Below, piece by piece: positions 52,300 to 64,000 of a stretch of 64,000 bases of DNA (position 1 is its first letter; each line of letters opens with the position of its first letter). The position numbers were made by a program, and so were the translations under genes. Location: positions 248,001 to 312,000 of the forward strand of contig JAYWIR010000041.1 of NCBI GenBank assembly GCA_036172245.1, given 5' to 3'. Origin of the DNA: Raillietiella orientalis (Eukaryota). The notes beneath the pieces were generated by a model. It was not told the DNA's origin. It searched no databases and saw nothing but the letters and a program-made list of their open reading frames with translations.

Positions 52300-53950
52300 A
52301 CTCGTAAAAATTCTCTTTTGCTAAGAAAGGAGAATGGGATCAAGGAGTCATTGCTCCCCAGATTCAATTTATGCTTCATCTGTTCTCATCTTCAAGCAAT
52401 GGAACTGCAACACTTTGTAACGAGCGTGTGATTGGACACAAGACAGCCGATTTCCTTATGCAGGATTTTGATCCCTGTGAGGATTCGTGATCCTTGAGCA
52501 TCAGGTTCAATGAAGACGAAAACTACCTGGAAGCCGGAAAGTCCCTTGCAATGGAAAGAACGTCGAGGATATCTGCCCTCGCCGTCAGGACTTCTGTAAA
52601 CCCTACAAGTTAGTTCAGGTACTCATTATGCCAAGTCGTGATGATGATAACCTAATAAAATGGTGAAAGAGTTCTCTTGATGAAAGGAATAAGGGAACTC
52701 CACGAAAGCGGGATGGTAAACGGTGCTCGTGTCTTTCCTGGCACCTTCAGTTTCCATAGCAGCACAAGCAAGGGAAGCATTTAGTATGTGTACCGCCAAA
52801 GCAGGTACATCTAGAGAAGCATTTACGGACCCAAGGTCGACGTCCTGTTCGTCATTCGCTACCAATGTCAAGTCTGTCTGCAGTTGCTAGATGAACAAAA
52901 GCATCTCATCAATCTTAGGGTGTAAACAGGAGTCCTGCAGCACGTAAGCCTAGCATAAGAAGAAATGTGCATCAGGTAAACCAAGAATTGGATCAGATTA
53001 AAGATGAAACTTCAGATTCATTCAGAGTCATGCAGAACACAGGAGCTTTCAGCAGCATGAATATCGCGGAATCAATGGAAATCTGAAGGGATTCAAACGT
53101 GACCTTCAGATAATGTCGATCATTGATCGTGATTCGTAAAAGGAAAGGAAGAACGAATTACCGCGCACTTGACTTATGCCAGGACTGTTTCGCAAGGCCT
53201 TGCTTCTCTTCCGGTGCTCCAGGTGATGACAGCAAGCTGGTTGCAAAGACGTGCTTCTAGCCACTGAAAGAACTTCCTGATTGAAGAGAACGATTCTGCG
53301 AGTTGGTATTCATACAGGCATCAGATGCGCAAAAGCGCAGCTGCACTAATGCACTTTTGCATACCAACAAATCCTATGCAGCGAACCACCTAAAACCAAT
53401 GAACCAATATTGTACTTGCAAAGGTATACATATTAAGATGTGTAAGAAACAGATGGACAAAAAATCACAAGGATCATCTGGCTTGAGGACAGTATATCAG
53501 ACCTTTTCTTCAGAAAATATGGCCTGTTCATAGTTACAACGTACTCGAGAAAAAGGAGTGGCAAACAGATTTTAAACCGCTTGAGGATGAGAAAGACCCC
53601 TTCACTATATTTCGAACGGCTCCTGCCCTGCTCTCAACTCCATTGGACCGAATTCGCCAGGGATGACTGAGGGTGCTTGTGAAGCTTAACATTACCAACC
53701 CGAATTAATGCAATCTTTGAAGTGATCTCTTTTACTTTTTCTTCGTTGCTAGTTGGACTCTATAAAGGCGCTGCGATAGAATAGATGAGGTTGCAGATGC
53801 TGCAGTTGTGCCCTAGAGGTCCAAATTCTGGTATCCGTAGTCATGGAGCATTCTCTGCTAAGGCGCAGCATATAGATGATGTGTTGGCATCTCATTGAAT
53901 CAGCTATAAAAACAGAAAGGATTGGGATACGAATGGTACATGTAGGTAGT
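52300..53950 (-). mobile_element. Degenerate LINE RT fragment
   Basis: TLSHPW, KPDDP (QGDP), VKCAV, HYLKVTF (KYLGV), KIDEMLLFI* (FIW), SLDVPAL in order. Confidence 0.6.
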
Positions 53951-54049
53951 AAAGTTTTCTATTTTCATGGAAGTATAAAACAAAACAATCAAAATTATAA
54001 AACAACAAAGAGTCTTCTGAGATTAGCTTTGCTCGGAAGACAAGAACAA

Positions 54050-55200
54050 AGTCATCACGTGATCGTTTCATGAAATTTATCTAATAGTTTATACGGAATC
54101 CAACGTTCAGATGGATAATACCTGTCTTTTCAAACTATTTATTGCGGGAAAAATCTGTATTCATTCATAGGAAAAGGATTTCGGTTAACATCTGGAGTTT
54201 TCATAGAACTTCCACAAAGTTCAGCATGCGATTCAAATCTAACATCATTATGCTAAGGATGCTCGGGATTTGCAGATATATAAAGGTTTTTCTAATTGAT
54301 AGCTGAGCTATCACAATCAACAACAAAATCCACAAACCGCAGAATTATCTAATTGCATCTGAGTTTACTAAATTATGAGAGAAACCCTTTTGATATAACA
54401 CTTTCATAATTGAAAGGGCTGCCAAACTGCTCAAGTAGTGAAAAACTCAAGTCATGAAGACATAAGGAACAAGCAAAGCGCTCAACTTTTGAATATTACA
54501 AAACAAAGAGACATTTGGGGAATAAATAGTTTACAAAACTTTGAAATACTTATTCTATTGCTATCAATACTTTAATGCCTGTTTTGAGCCTCAAAACGTC
54601 GAAATCGAAAGCCAAAAAAAAATCCGTGTTAAATCTATTGCTCTTGCTGACCTTGTTCATAGAAAAACGTGTTCAGATAAGAGGGTTAACATCACAGAAT
54701 TCACGAAACCTTTCGTGAAGACTTGCTTTACTTTTGGAAGATAAGATCTAGAAGGCTCATCCACAGAGAGAAACATGCACCAGTTAAAATAATGGAATCA
54801 AGATGTCATCCGAATGAATATTAATTTTGGAATCCGAGTTTAGTATTTTGCATTGATAATTAAACCAAATATGATTCCATGGCATTACTGTCCAAAATAA
54901 TGTATAGGCTTTTTGCAGCAAAGGATGCTCTTCCCATACAACTCTGTGAATCACTTTAGATGAAAAATGGGATGATATTCAAAGAATACAAGTGCGTTGT
55001 GATTCTGCTCAGTTCTTGGTTCACGCGGCCAATTCTACTTAGGTTAATCCGACCATCACCTTTCATCCCAAAGAAGGGTAATTTAGTGATTCCATTCACA
55101 CATTATTCATTGATTTGATTTTGAAATTCACATTCACTCCAGCGAATTTCAAATGGATTTTAAATCTTGGAATGCTATAATTAACTATTAAAGACAAATT
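54050..55200 (+). mobile_element. Degenerate LINE RT C-terminal fragment
   Basis: GFADI (FADD), ASEFTKL*EK, VNITEF on +. Confidence 0.45.
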
Positions 55201-56435
55201 GGCTAGATATGCGCGGCAATTTAGGAATAAATTTTAATCAGAGTTAAGGGTAGTCAAAATCAGTTAGTAAGGGTAGTCTAATAAGATGGTTTTCAGTTTC
55301 TTTGGCATCCCAATACCAGAGATTCGGGCTTGATCCAGATTAAACTAATAATGCCGTCTCGGTATCCAGGGATTCATATCACACACGCACACACAAGAAT
55401 ATTCCTTTTTATACTGATTTCTTCTAGTATAATTGGTTTTTGTAATTGGTTTAGTTACCCAACTTAGTATTAATAGGTTTCTCTTGATGTGCTCTGAGAT
55501 CCTAGATCTCTGTTTGTCTTAGACTTGGACTGATGTTTCTTAGACTAACGTGTTTTGCTGATGCAAAATAAGAAAGTGCCTGGGTCATGTTTCTTGATTA
55601 TTTTTCGTTTTCCAAGCAGCAGTTGGTAATTCATGTTTGTGCCTTTTTTTTTGGGGGGGGGGGGTTTGATTTTTTTTGTTTGTTCATCACTAGTTTGTAG
55701 CAAAACTTGCACGTGTCATGAATTACCGTTGGATGCTTCCGAGGGGTGTGATATCGAAGACTCTTGCGATTTTGAGCAACAGTTGATTGCATTTGGTAGA
55801 TAATGTACATTAACAATGACTGTGTGTGCATTTAACGTTTTTTCGATTCGATTTCCTCTTGCTTGAAAGCCACAAAAACTTCTGATTTTCGAACAGCCTG
55901 GCAAGATGTAATTCTGGTGGTGTTGGGTTTTGTAATTGTGACGCTCGTGAGTCGTGATGCAGTGATCCAAGCAGCACCGCTGCTTGCGCCTAGGCCTCGG
56001 TTGTGCAGTGGTGTGATGTAATACATGGCCTAATAAGATGGTAGCCACGATAATTTTTCACGATATGGGAAGCATAAAGTTGTTGCCCTCCCCCCCCCCC
56101 CAAAGAAAAAAAAAATTATAATAAAAATCTAGAGTCCGTAGCAATGACGCCAATTTTTCAATTTTTATCATAAATCAGCTGGTATCTAAAAAATTAAATC
56201 ACCTTGTGTAAATATTCAGAAAGAAATGTTATTAAGTGGAAGGATGGATTTCAGATTAATTACAGATAAAGTACATTTTAGTTAGTGTTAGTAACTTAAC
56301 GAAAGCCGTTTAGTGTAATGTAGGAACTCTTGATGCATAATAATATGAAATTGATTCAGAGGATTTCTATAGTGATGGAAAGTTTATAAAGTCTAAAATT
56401 TTAGCGTTGTGACCAGGAGCACTTGTAATCGTACG

Positions 56436-57206
56436 ATGGCCCGTGGGCAACAGAAAGTGCAATCTCAACAGAAAAATGCAGAAAAACAGGCAAAAGCTAA
56501 AAAAATGCAAGGACATGCAGCTAATGAACAGAGGAAAGCAGCCCAAAAAGCTCTAATATTTGTTTGTGCTGTGTGTAAAGTAAGTATGCAATGTAGTTGC
56601 AACCAGGTCATACATTAAAACATTATTTTTTTTTTTTTTTTTTCAATATGTTTCTATTGATCTAAAAGCCAAGTTTTATGTTCTACGTTCACACATCGCA
56701 CATACTTTCAATGATGGCTCTATTGAATATTTCTACCTGTTTGCTTGTGCATGAGCAGCCCAGTAATAGATACATTGACTGTTCTCTATTACATAATTAC
56801 TTTTATCCTTTCCAAAGTCCATTTCCAGAACCCACATTGTTTATTTCCCATGGGACTTAAATTGTAAAATAAGTAGTTACTCAATCCACAGATTAATTTT
56901 TGAACACACACAGTAATTCCTGTGATCTTAGATATCGAATTAAGCCATGATAAGAATTAAGCATGTGCAGACATCGTAGGCATTGATTACTAAATTATTT
57001 CCCTTCAGTTTATGTAACAAGGACATTAAAAAGCAATATGTGGTTATGATTTTGCACTTTCATTCTATTTAATTACTGTTGCTGTTTTTCTGCTTATTTA
57101 TGTGTGTCTTTGATAGGCCCAGATGCCTGATCCCAAAACTTACAAGCAGCATTTTGAAAATAAACATCCCAAGAACGATCTCCCACCCGACCTTTCAGAA
57201 GTCTAA
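56436..57206 (+). CDS. ZNF706: Zinc finger protein 706 (4F5/SERF domain plus C2H2), 77 aa, two coding exons 56436-56579 and 57117-57206
   Basis: MARGQQKVQSQQKNAEKQAK...CAVCK|AQMPDPKTYKQHFENKHPK; GT-AG phase-0 intron. Confidence 0.97.
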
Positions 57207-58599
57207 AGTGCTTTCATATTTATACAAGCTTCAAGTGCTTGACATTTGAAGTGTTCCAGTTCGCAGATTTAATAACAAATAAAACATTGATATTTGATAG
57301 ATGAAGATAAAGCAGTCAAGTTCCCAGTGTTCATCAAACAAGGTTATAATTTGTCAAGAGGTTCCTTGATAAAAAGGAAATATGTGCTTAATTAACTGTA
57401 ATAGAAGGCTTAACAATAATTCTCTTTTTCTGTTACTATTGTATTATATTGGAATACAGCAGTTTAGTATTTCTGCACTTTTTTTTTTTTTATTCTGATT
57501 TAAAGCCTTCAGTATATTAGAAAATGCGGCTTTAAGATGAAGGATTGATGAAAATTTAGCATGTTTAGAGAAAAAAATGTATGATGTGAAATCATTTTCC
57601 CAGTTTTAGTGGGAAAATTATTGATTATAACCTTCTTTTTTTTTTTTTTTCCAGTAAAATTGAATTATGTTCATTCCATACTTGATAAACATCTTCATTC
57701 TTCAAGAAATGAAAAAAGAACACCTATGTTTTACATCCTTTATTATGTTATTTTCTTAGGTTTATTCTACTTTTTAGGAAATATTGAAAATTCTGTATTT
57801 GAAGATTTACTTTTGGAATACCTTGAACTTTGCAAGTAAACTTTTCAGCAGTAATAATTTATTGTATCTATTCTAGTGACATATTTCAGCATTACATGTT
57901 TAGAATTTGGTTAAGGATTGAACAGTAGTTTTCTTAACATGAAAATACCCTAGCATTTGATAAATTTCTTGTACACAAGCTACTTTAGAGGCATTGTTTC
58001 ACAGTTTTTGAATGCTAAAGGGTGAATATTATTAATCAGAAATCACAGCATTTGTTATTAAGAATGCTTTTGAATAACTGCTTAATGCAATTGGCATAAT
58101 CTTAATTAGTAACTCTGTAATAACTGTAATTTTCTAATTGGTTGATTCCTGTTTTTAAGAGACATGAAATAATCCATATTGATTTTGGCTGTTAGAGACA
58201 AAATCCAGCCCATATGGATTTGGGCAGACTTTAAGAACAGTGTATCTTGTCCCAGAATTTCTGTTGTGTAACATGAGCACATTATCTTGTTACTTTGCAG
58301 TCAAGTTGCTTTACTGAAGTACTTATTGTTTGAAGTTGCTAGGAACATGGAATACTATGCAAGTTTGTGGTACGGATATTTTAGGATTTCTTCTTTAGAG
58401 TCTTTGAAAATTGCAATGAAAGAAAAGGGTTGACGTGTTTGTTTATTTAAAGTTCAAAGCTGTAGTATACACTGGAAGGAGCATCTTTCTAAGGTCAGCA
58501 CTCAGGAAGACAGGCTCCAGCATCCATACATTCTGAGTCAGATAATGTGGCTGGACTAAAAATTACAATGCTGTGTTCGTGATCGTGAATGTAATCGTG

Positions 58600-59030
58600 A
58601 ATAGTGTCGATTAAGGTACCATTGAATTGAAGCAACCGAGGAATTCCCAGGGGCGGTTGTTGAGTAAAGCAAATGTATGAAAGGTCTGAGGTATCATCAT
58701 TCCAAGCTACATTCTTGTTGTTGGTATTATTTGCTCTATAGCAGATTTTTCAATACCAATATAAACGTAACCAGCAACTGGTTTACACATGAACAGACCA
58801 CGTGTACATGGATTGCGCTGCGTTTTGTTTTTGATTTAAAATTTTCGAGGACATTCCGTATTATGCACCACAGGAAATGAGTGTTCATGAGTGGCGGTAT
58901 GCAATGGACTCTGCCTTTTTTAATGTCTTTTACTGTTTTTAATGCCGCTGCAAATTCTATTATCTTGTCTTTTGCTTTCTCTATCATGCCAAAAATGATT
59001 TTCATCGGGAGTTTTTTTTAGCAGCATCTT
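58600..59030 (-). mobile_element. Possible LINE APE remnant
   Basis: FLWCIIRNV and AIHVHVV loosely match D.W..N and RID motifs; weak. Confidence 0.3.
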
Positions 59031-59401
59031 AAGTTAACTTTTGCATAGTTGCACCTACCCCCTCAAGCAACCAATGCAAGTAACTAGATTCATCTCTTCT
59101 ATCTGTTCAAATCAGTGCCTGCTGCACTGTAGAGCACTGTATAACGAAGAATACGAGGCATTAGTGGGTAACGGAAACATGGCAAAGTTCGAAAAATGCG
59201 CCCTTGAGGAGCGGCTCGAGGTAACACAACCTTCCTATTGGCCAAAAGCTGTGCGCTACTGTTCGGTCGGCGCTTCTGCAGCGCGGATCTCATCTCTATT
59301 TAAGTAGCAATCCGGGAAAATGCTGTTTGTCCAGGTGTGACGTTGGGTGTGTGTATCGTACGTAGTGTGTATAGTACGCTCAGAAAGTCTAGGAGGGCGC
59401 G

Positions 59402-59776
59402 ATGGCTCCCAAGTCTGGTAGTGGAAAGGCGGTGAAGAAGGCCGGCAAAGCTCAGAAAAACATTTCGAAAGGTGACAAGAAGAAAAAGCGCAAGAGGAAG
59501 GAAAGTTACGCGATCTACATCTACAAAGTGCTGAAGCAGGTGCACCCGGACACGGGTATCTCGAGCAAGGCTATGTCGATCATGAACAGCTTCGTGAACG
59601 ACATCTTCGAGCGCATCGCTGCAGAGGCGTCCCGCCTGTCACACTACAACAAGCGCACGACTATCACCAGTCGAGAGGTACAGACGGCGGTGCGCCTGCT
59701 GTTGCCCGGGGAACTGGCCAAGCACGCCGTTTCGGAGGGCACGAAAGCCGTGACCAAGTACACGAGTTCGAAGTGA
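59402..59776 (+). CDS. H2B: Histone H2B (replication-dependent type)
   Basis: Intact canonical 124-aa H2B ([26 protein letters not shown]...AVTKYTSSK), intronless; TATA-like tatttaa near 59297. Confidence 0.99.
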   Translation: MAPKSGSGKAVKKAGKAQKNISKGDKKKKRKRKESYAIYIYKVLKQVHPDTGISSKAMSIMNSFVNDIFERIAAEASRLSHYNKRTTITSREVQTAVRLLLPGELAKHAVSEGTKAVTKYTSSK

Positions 59777-59823
59777 GCGCCATGCAGATGTTGTCCCGTC
59801 AACTTGCTTGGCCATTCGCACAA

Positions 59824-59863
59824 GGTCCTTTTCAGGGCCACTTTCATGATTCCGAAAGAAGAG
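59824..59863 (+). terminator. Histone 3' stem-loop and purine-rich downstream element
   Basis: GGTCCT-TTTC-AGGGCC (6-bp stem with one G:U) at 59824-59839, then GAAAGAAGAG at 59854-59863. Confidence 0.9.
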
Positions 59864-60489
59864 ACCGATAAAGTCTTGCATGCGCTTTTTGCGGAGGGCT
59901 GTGGGAATGGCTCTTCTCTAAAGGAAATTTCCACCTGCCAGCATAAGGAAGAGGAATCCTCGGTTCGCTGCTCTCCAGAATGCTCACTCGTATGTAATGG
60001 ACGCAGGTCTGCCGATCTCTAGTGGACGTAACTGGTAACTCGCACCAGTGGGTACCGCGAAAAAGTTGGAATGCGTCTGCGGACGTTCGGCTACGAAAGG
60101 GGCGTGTGTGGATGCACTGCATAGACAGACAAGCTACGAAAAGGTAAGAGGTGTGACACCAGCTTGTGGGACTCGAGCAGCGTGGGAACAGACCGTGTGG
60201 CAAGTCATGTGTTAAACATTGGTCAGCTCTCATTCCCCCGTCTGTTCAGGCATCCGAAAGGTTATTGCTTGGAAAAGAGCTCCGACTGAGAAGTTGTAGC
60301 ACACCTTGGTATTTCTGGCCGCTCCCATCTGGTGCTTGTTCCTTTCAGCTTTTTTTTTTAAGAGTTTTCGTTTTTTTGGTTCGCTAAGTACCTCAAGAGC
60401 CGGTCGCGTGCCTCGCGGCGCAGTGGCTCTTTAACACTGTTCCACGCCACCCGCGGAGGGTGCGTGTTATTCTTCAAGATAGAGGGGGC

Positions 60490-61080
60490 AACCCCGGAAG
60501 GCGATCCCGCCCTATGAATCCAGGAAGGGCTCGGAGTCCATTCCTCTCACACTTGGGGAGGGATCCCCCCCGTCCGGGGGGCTCGCACTCCCACCCTGGT
60601 TGTCTCCGAAGGGGAACCCCGAAGGGAATCTCCTTCCTCATTCTCTCCGAAGGGACACCCCCCGCAATGGGGGGTGGTCCTCTCCATTTCAACTTCTCCG
60701 AAGGGAACCCGGAAAGGGTCCGCTACTAGGAATTTCTTCTCCGGAGGGAACCCGCAAGGGAACCGCTCCTGTTCACTCCTCTGAAGGGAACCCCGAAGGG
60801 ATGCTTCCGAAACTCAGAAGGGGCGCTGCAGCTTCCCGCAGGGAAGCGCTCTCGCTTACTTCCTTGTGCACAGTCTGTGAAGAGGCGACGACTCGGAGGG
60901 ACTCCCCAACAGGGTGGGTCCGCTCCTTTGAACAACTGAAGAGGTGCTCGTGAGGGCTCCTGCTCTATCTTGAAACCGGAGGCGGTCCCCCGGTGACGGG
61001 TGTCCACTCTCCGTTGCATACCGGAGGGGGAACTCCCCACTCCTTTATTCCAGGGAGGACCCGAAGGTCGACTTCCATTG
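60490..61080. repeat. GC-rich degenerate tandem repeat (ctccgaagggaaccccgaaggg core, about 40-50 bp period)
   Basis: Core copies near 60604, 60645, 60696, 60739 and 60779. Confidence 0.75.
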
Positions 61081-61169
61081 ATCCGGCCTTCATCGGGAGG
61101 CCGCCGTCTTTATCCAACGCCGGGGCCACGCCCGAATGTCTCGGCCAACCAGCGCCGTTGAAGCAGAAA

Positions 61170-61278
61170 CTCGGAACCCAAACGACACAATGGCGTCAAG
61201 TTATCTGCCGAAGTATTCGAACCCGCGACGCATGGTGCCACGCGCGGAAGCCTTAACCACAAAGCCTCCGACGCGGGC
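61170..61278 (-). mobile_element. tRNA-derived SINE-like head, copy 1
   Basis: Minus strand gcccgcgtcggaggctttgtggttaaggc...gggttcgaatac (Pol III A- and B-box-like); homologous to 62555-62657. Confidence 0.7.
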
Positions 61279-61299
61279 GTTTTAAAGCCCCTCTTCCTG

Positions 61300-61742
61300 C
61301 GCAACTCCCCAGCAGAGGAGCATCCCCAGCAGAACTGTGCTGCCTACTCGGGATTGTGTCTGAATGGAGCAATGCCAGAGGAGGCCGGAACGATAGGGAC
61401 GCCATCTATTGTTCTGTCCCCTTTATGAGGACAGAACAATAGATGTCAAGATGGCCCATTTGGGTATCCTTAGACAGGAACTTGCAAGCATCCTGGCACG
61501 GATGCAGAACACGCTCTCTAGCAGCCTGTAATCCCTTCCCGAGCCTCCCCAGGTGTTTTATTTTCATTCTGTCTTTCTTTTCGTTTGTCCCTACCACCTC
61601 TGCTGCCGAGAAGCATCTCGCCAGCCTGCGTACCGGTTCCCGGCAGGTTCCCCCCGTGATGTGGCAGAGCCAAGCGTCCTGCCACCGACTTGTATGTTTA
61701 TTTTTTTTAACAAAGAAACGCCTCGGAGCAACCGTGTGACAA
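61300..61742 (+). mobile_element. LINE 3' fragment
   Basis: VLPTRD motif, T-rich UTR, terminal aagaaacgcctcggagcaaccgtgtgacaa. Confidence 0.6.
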
Positions 61743-62554
61743 GCCAAATCGCATCCTGGAGTGCATCTCCTGGCTCGTTGCCGAGACGACAGACGTTGCT
61801 CTCAAACATTTTTCCTTCTGACGGCTGATTCCAATTGTCCATATTCGAGAAAAACTTTCAGTCGCCTTCGGACTGTTTTCTCTGCTGTTCGATTCAGTAT
61901 TTGCTTGCCTTGTGTGCCTGGGATTAAGAGCCGAACGGACTTTCGCCACCTCGACAGTGAGTAACAGGCATTGCGGGCGCTCTTGGCGCAGCAGCGGATA
62001 CCCTGGCAAAGCTACTCCGGGAGCAGGGCTTGTGAGGCGCGGGAGCTCTTGGCACCCTTACCGCCGGTGCGAGCACGAAACGATCTCGGAGAAGCACGCG
62101 GGAATTGTTCCATTTTTACGAATTACGTCCGTAAATTATATGGTTGAACCTCAGAAGAGCAAAAATGGTCTTCCTAAAGAAGTATTACGCCGAACTGACC
62201 GAGGTTAGAGAACCAGCTCGCAGCACTTTTGCTGCTGATGCCGTTCCGCCTCCACTCTCAGCGCCAGCTCCAGCCTCAGGATCCAGGCCTCGTAGGAGGT
62301 ACAGTCCTACGCCGAGCCGAGGTGACCATGGTGCTTTGATATCAGAGCACTTCCCTGCGCCAGATAGGCCGACCCCGACTCCCAAGTACCTGTCGACCAC
62401 CTCCTCTGAGACGAGGAACGATCAACTGTGGTTGGATGCGTTCCAAGTGGATGGGGACCAGGGATACACTCAAGATGGAGGAGTTTTAAAGTTCGAGACA
62501 AGACTACCGCGATGGGTTTTTTTGCCCTCGTCGATAGAAGCTGTTTATATGCTG

Positions 62555-62657
62555 AGAACCCAACGACGCAGTGGCGTCAGTTTCTGCCGGAATATTCCAT
62601 CCTGCGACGCATGCTGCCACGCGCGGAGGCCTTAACCACAAAGCCTCCGACGCGGGC
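62555..62657 (-). mobile_element. tRNA-derived SINE-like head, copy 2
   Basis: Diverged ~100-bp direct repeat of 61170-61278, sharing ccttaaccacaaagcctccgacgcgggc exactly. Confidence 0.7.
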
Positions 62658-63150
62658 ATTCGATTTCCTATTCCAGTAAAATAGCGTTTTCCTCAATGAC
62701 CACTGCGGTTTGGGGGATTTGGGCATTCGATGTTTATAGCTTGGCAGGGCTTCAGATTAGAGTCTATGATCATGAAGGTCATCCAACTCTTATGAACCCC
62801 CACCGTTCACTTCTTCATAATCCATACCTGTTTTATTATCAAAGTTAACAGCTACAATCCTGCAAATAAAGAGAGGGAACTCTTCCCATCTTCCATTCTT
62901 CTTTCGCATTTCCGTATGTTGCATTTTTCTTGTTTCTTTTTTTTATTTTGTATCTATTTTCATTCTTTTACACTATTTTTAATTGTTAGAATTATTCCTT
63001 ATCCTTTTACAATTTGGTATTCATGTGTTCACTAAGTACATATATTTTGGAAATATATAAACACTTGCATATAAATATATTCACATGTAAATAAGTATCA
63101 ACATATACACATGTATATGAATATATAAATACACACACATTTACATATTG

Positions 63151-63151
<1 letters not shown>

Positions 63152-63186
<35 letters not shown>
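63152..63186. repeat. (TA)n microsatellite in AT-rich low-complexity sequence
   Basis: About 17 TA units. Confidence 0.95.
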
Positions 63187-63188
<2 letters not shown>

Positions 63189-64000
63189 TTATGCATATTA
63201 ATTTATGTTTTTAATATATACATATGCATTTTGCGTGTGCCTGAATATGTATATACAAATAGACATGTAGATATTTACTATAAATAGACATACAGAAACA
63301 TATAAATAGATATACAGAAATCTATGAGTATATTGATATATGCAGAACGGATGAGCAGGTGAAACTCAGTTTAGGATTAACACGGATGACAAGTTGAGGG
63401 GGGGGGGATGGGATGGAGCAGCCAGTTATTCAAAGAGTCTTTCAACTTCGAACTAGTTGTAAAGAGTGAAACGGGCCTGGGCTGAGAAAGTAAACGAAAC
63501 GTAGCGTTTCGTCACGATGAGCGCTGTGTCCGCAGAAGTTACAAGAGATCGAAAAAAGATGGCGAATGATAGGCACTCCAGGGATGGCAGAAGAAAGCGT
63601 CTCAAGATACACATTAGCTACAGAAAAATACCTCGCTCTCTACACCGAAGCGATGAAAAAAACCTAACCATTGGAGAGAGGCGGGCAAATAGAAGGAACA
63701 TCAAATAGGTTCCCCCAAAAGGCGACTTCCCATCGGAACACACACCTACCAGTAGCTCTTTCGGAAAGCCTAAAGCAAAAGCAGGGAAAAGAGAGTACGA
63801 GGAGCATTATCGAGACAAGTGAGGGCATGTGAAGAGCTCATACGGAGTGGTGTGCAGCTGCTCCTTTCTTGCCAGAAGTGTTTTAGATGAAAGCCTCGCC
63901 TGCTGCGTGGGCATTCCAGGAGTAGAACGAGAACCACCATCCCCTTGGGACTTTTGAGAAGGTAGATCGGCGTTCGTGAATGTGGTAAAGTACCTGCGTA

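Noticed and set aside
49730..55200. Apparent Mononegavirales L-protein EVEs (EDP..LN, GGSLHR, INTDY look-alikes)
   Set aside because: The same stretches give ordered LINE APE/RT motifs, partly continuous with a LINE 3' end; the viral matches needed many ad hoc frameshifts and no intact GDN motif is present. A tBLASTn/HMM search against viral L proteins would settle it.
60490..61080. CRISPR-like repeat array
   Set aside because: Eukaryotic context, degenerate units, no unique constant-length spacers and no cas genes.

Overview
Eukaryotic (animal, probably arthropod) genomic DNA. It holds three AT-rich, intron-containing genes on + (prominin-like 10747-15970, UBE2O 23457-31909, ZNF706 56436-57206), an intact intronless SLC35G/EamA transporter ORF on - (42475-43716), and a solitary replication-dependent histone H2B with its 3' stem-loop (59402-59776). 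Most intergenic space is a mosaic of about 15 decayed non-LTR retrotransposon pieces (APE + RT + C-terminal Cys/His knuckle, L1/Tx1-like) in both orientations, with small nested insertions carrying TSDs, tRNA-derived SINE heads and a TSD-flanked U2 snRNA 5' fragment. Two signals stand out. (1) A sharply bounded ~540-bp tract in a LINE endonuclease region has lost nearly all C on the element's sense strand (14 G vs ~117 C on +), suggesting deaminase-type hypermutation with unusual polarity. (2) A conserved ~30-nt 3'-terminal AATAAA + stem-loop motif recurs at seven retroposon ends with otherwise dissimilar bodies. Several stretches first looked like Mononegavirales endogenous viral elements, but were rejected because LINE ORF2 motifs explain them better. 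TE boundaries are approximate and all motif calls were made by eye.
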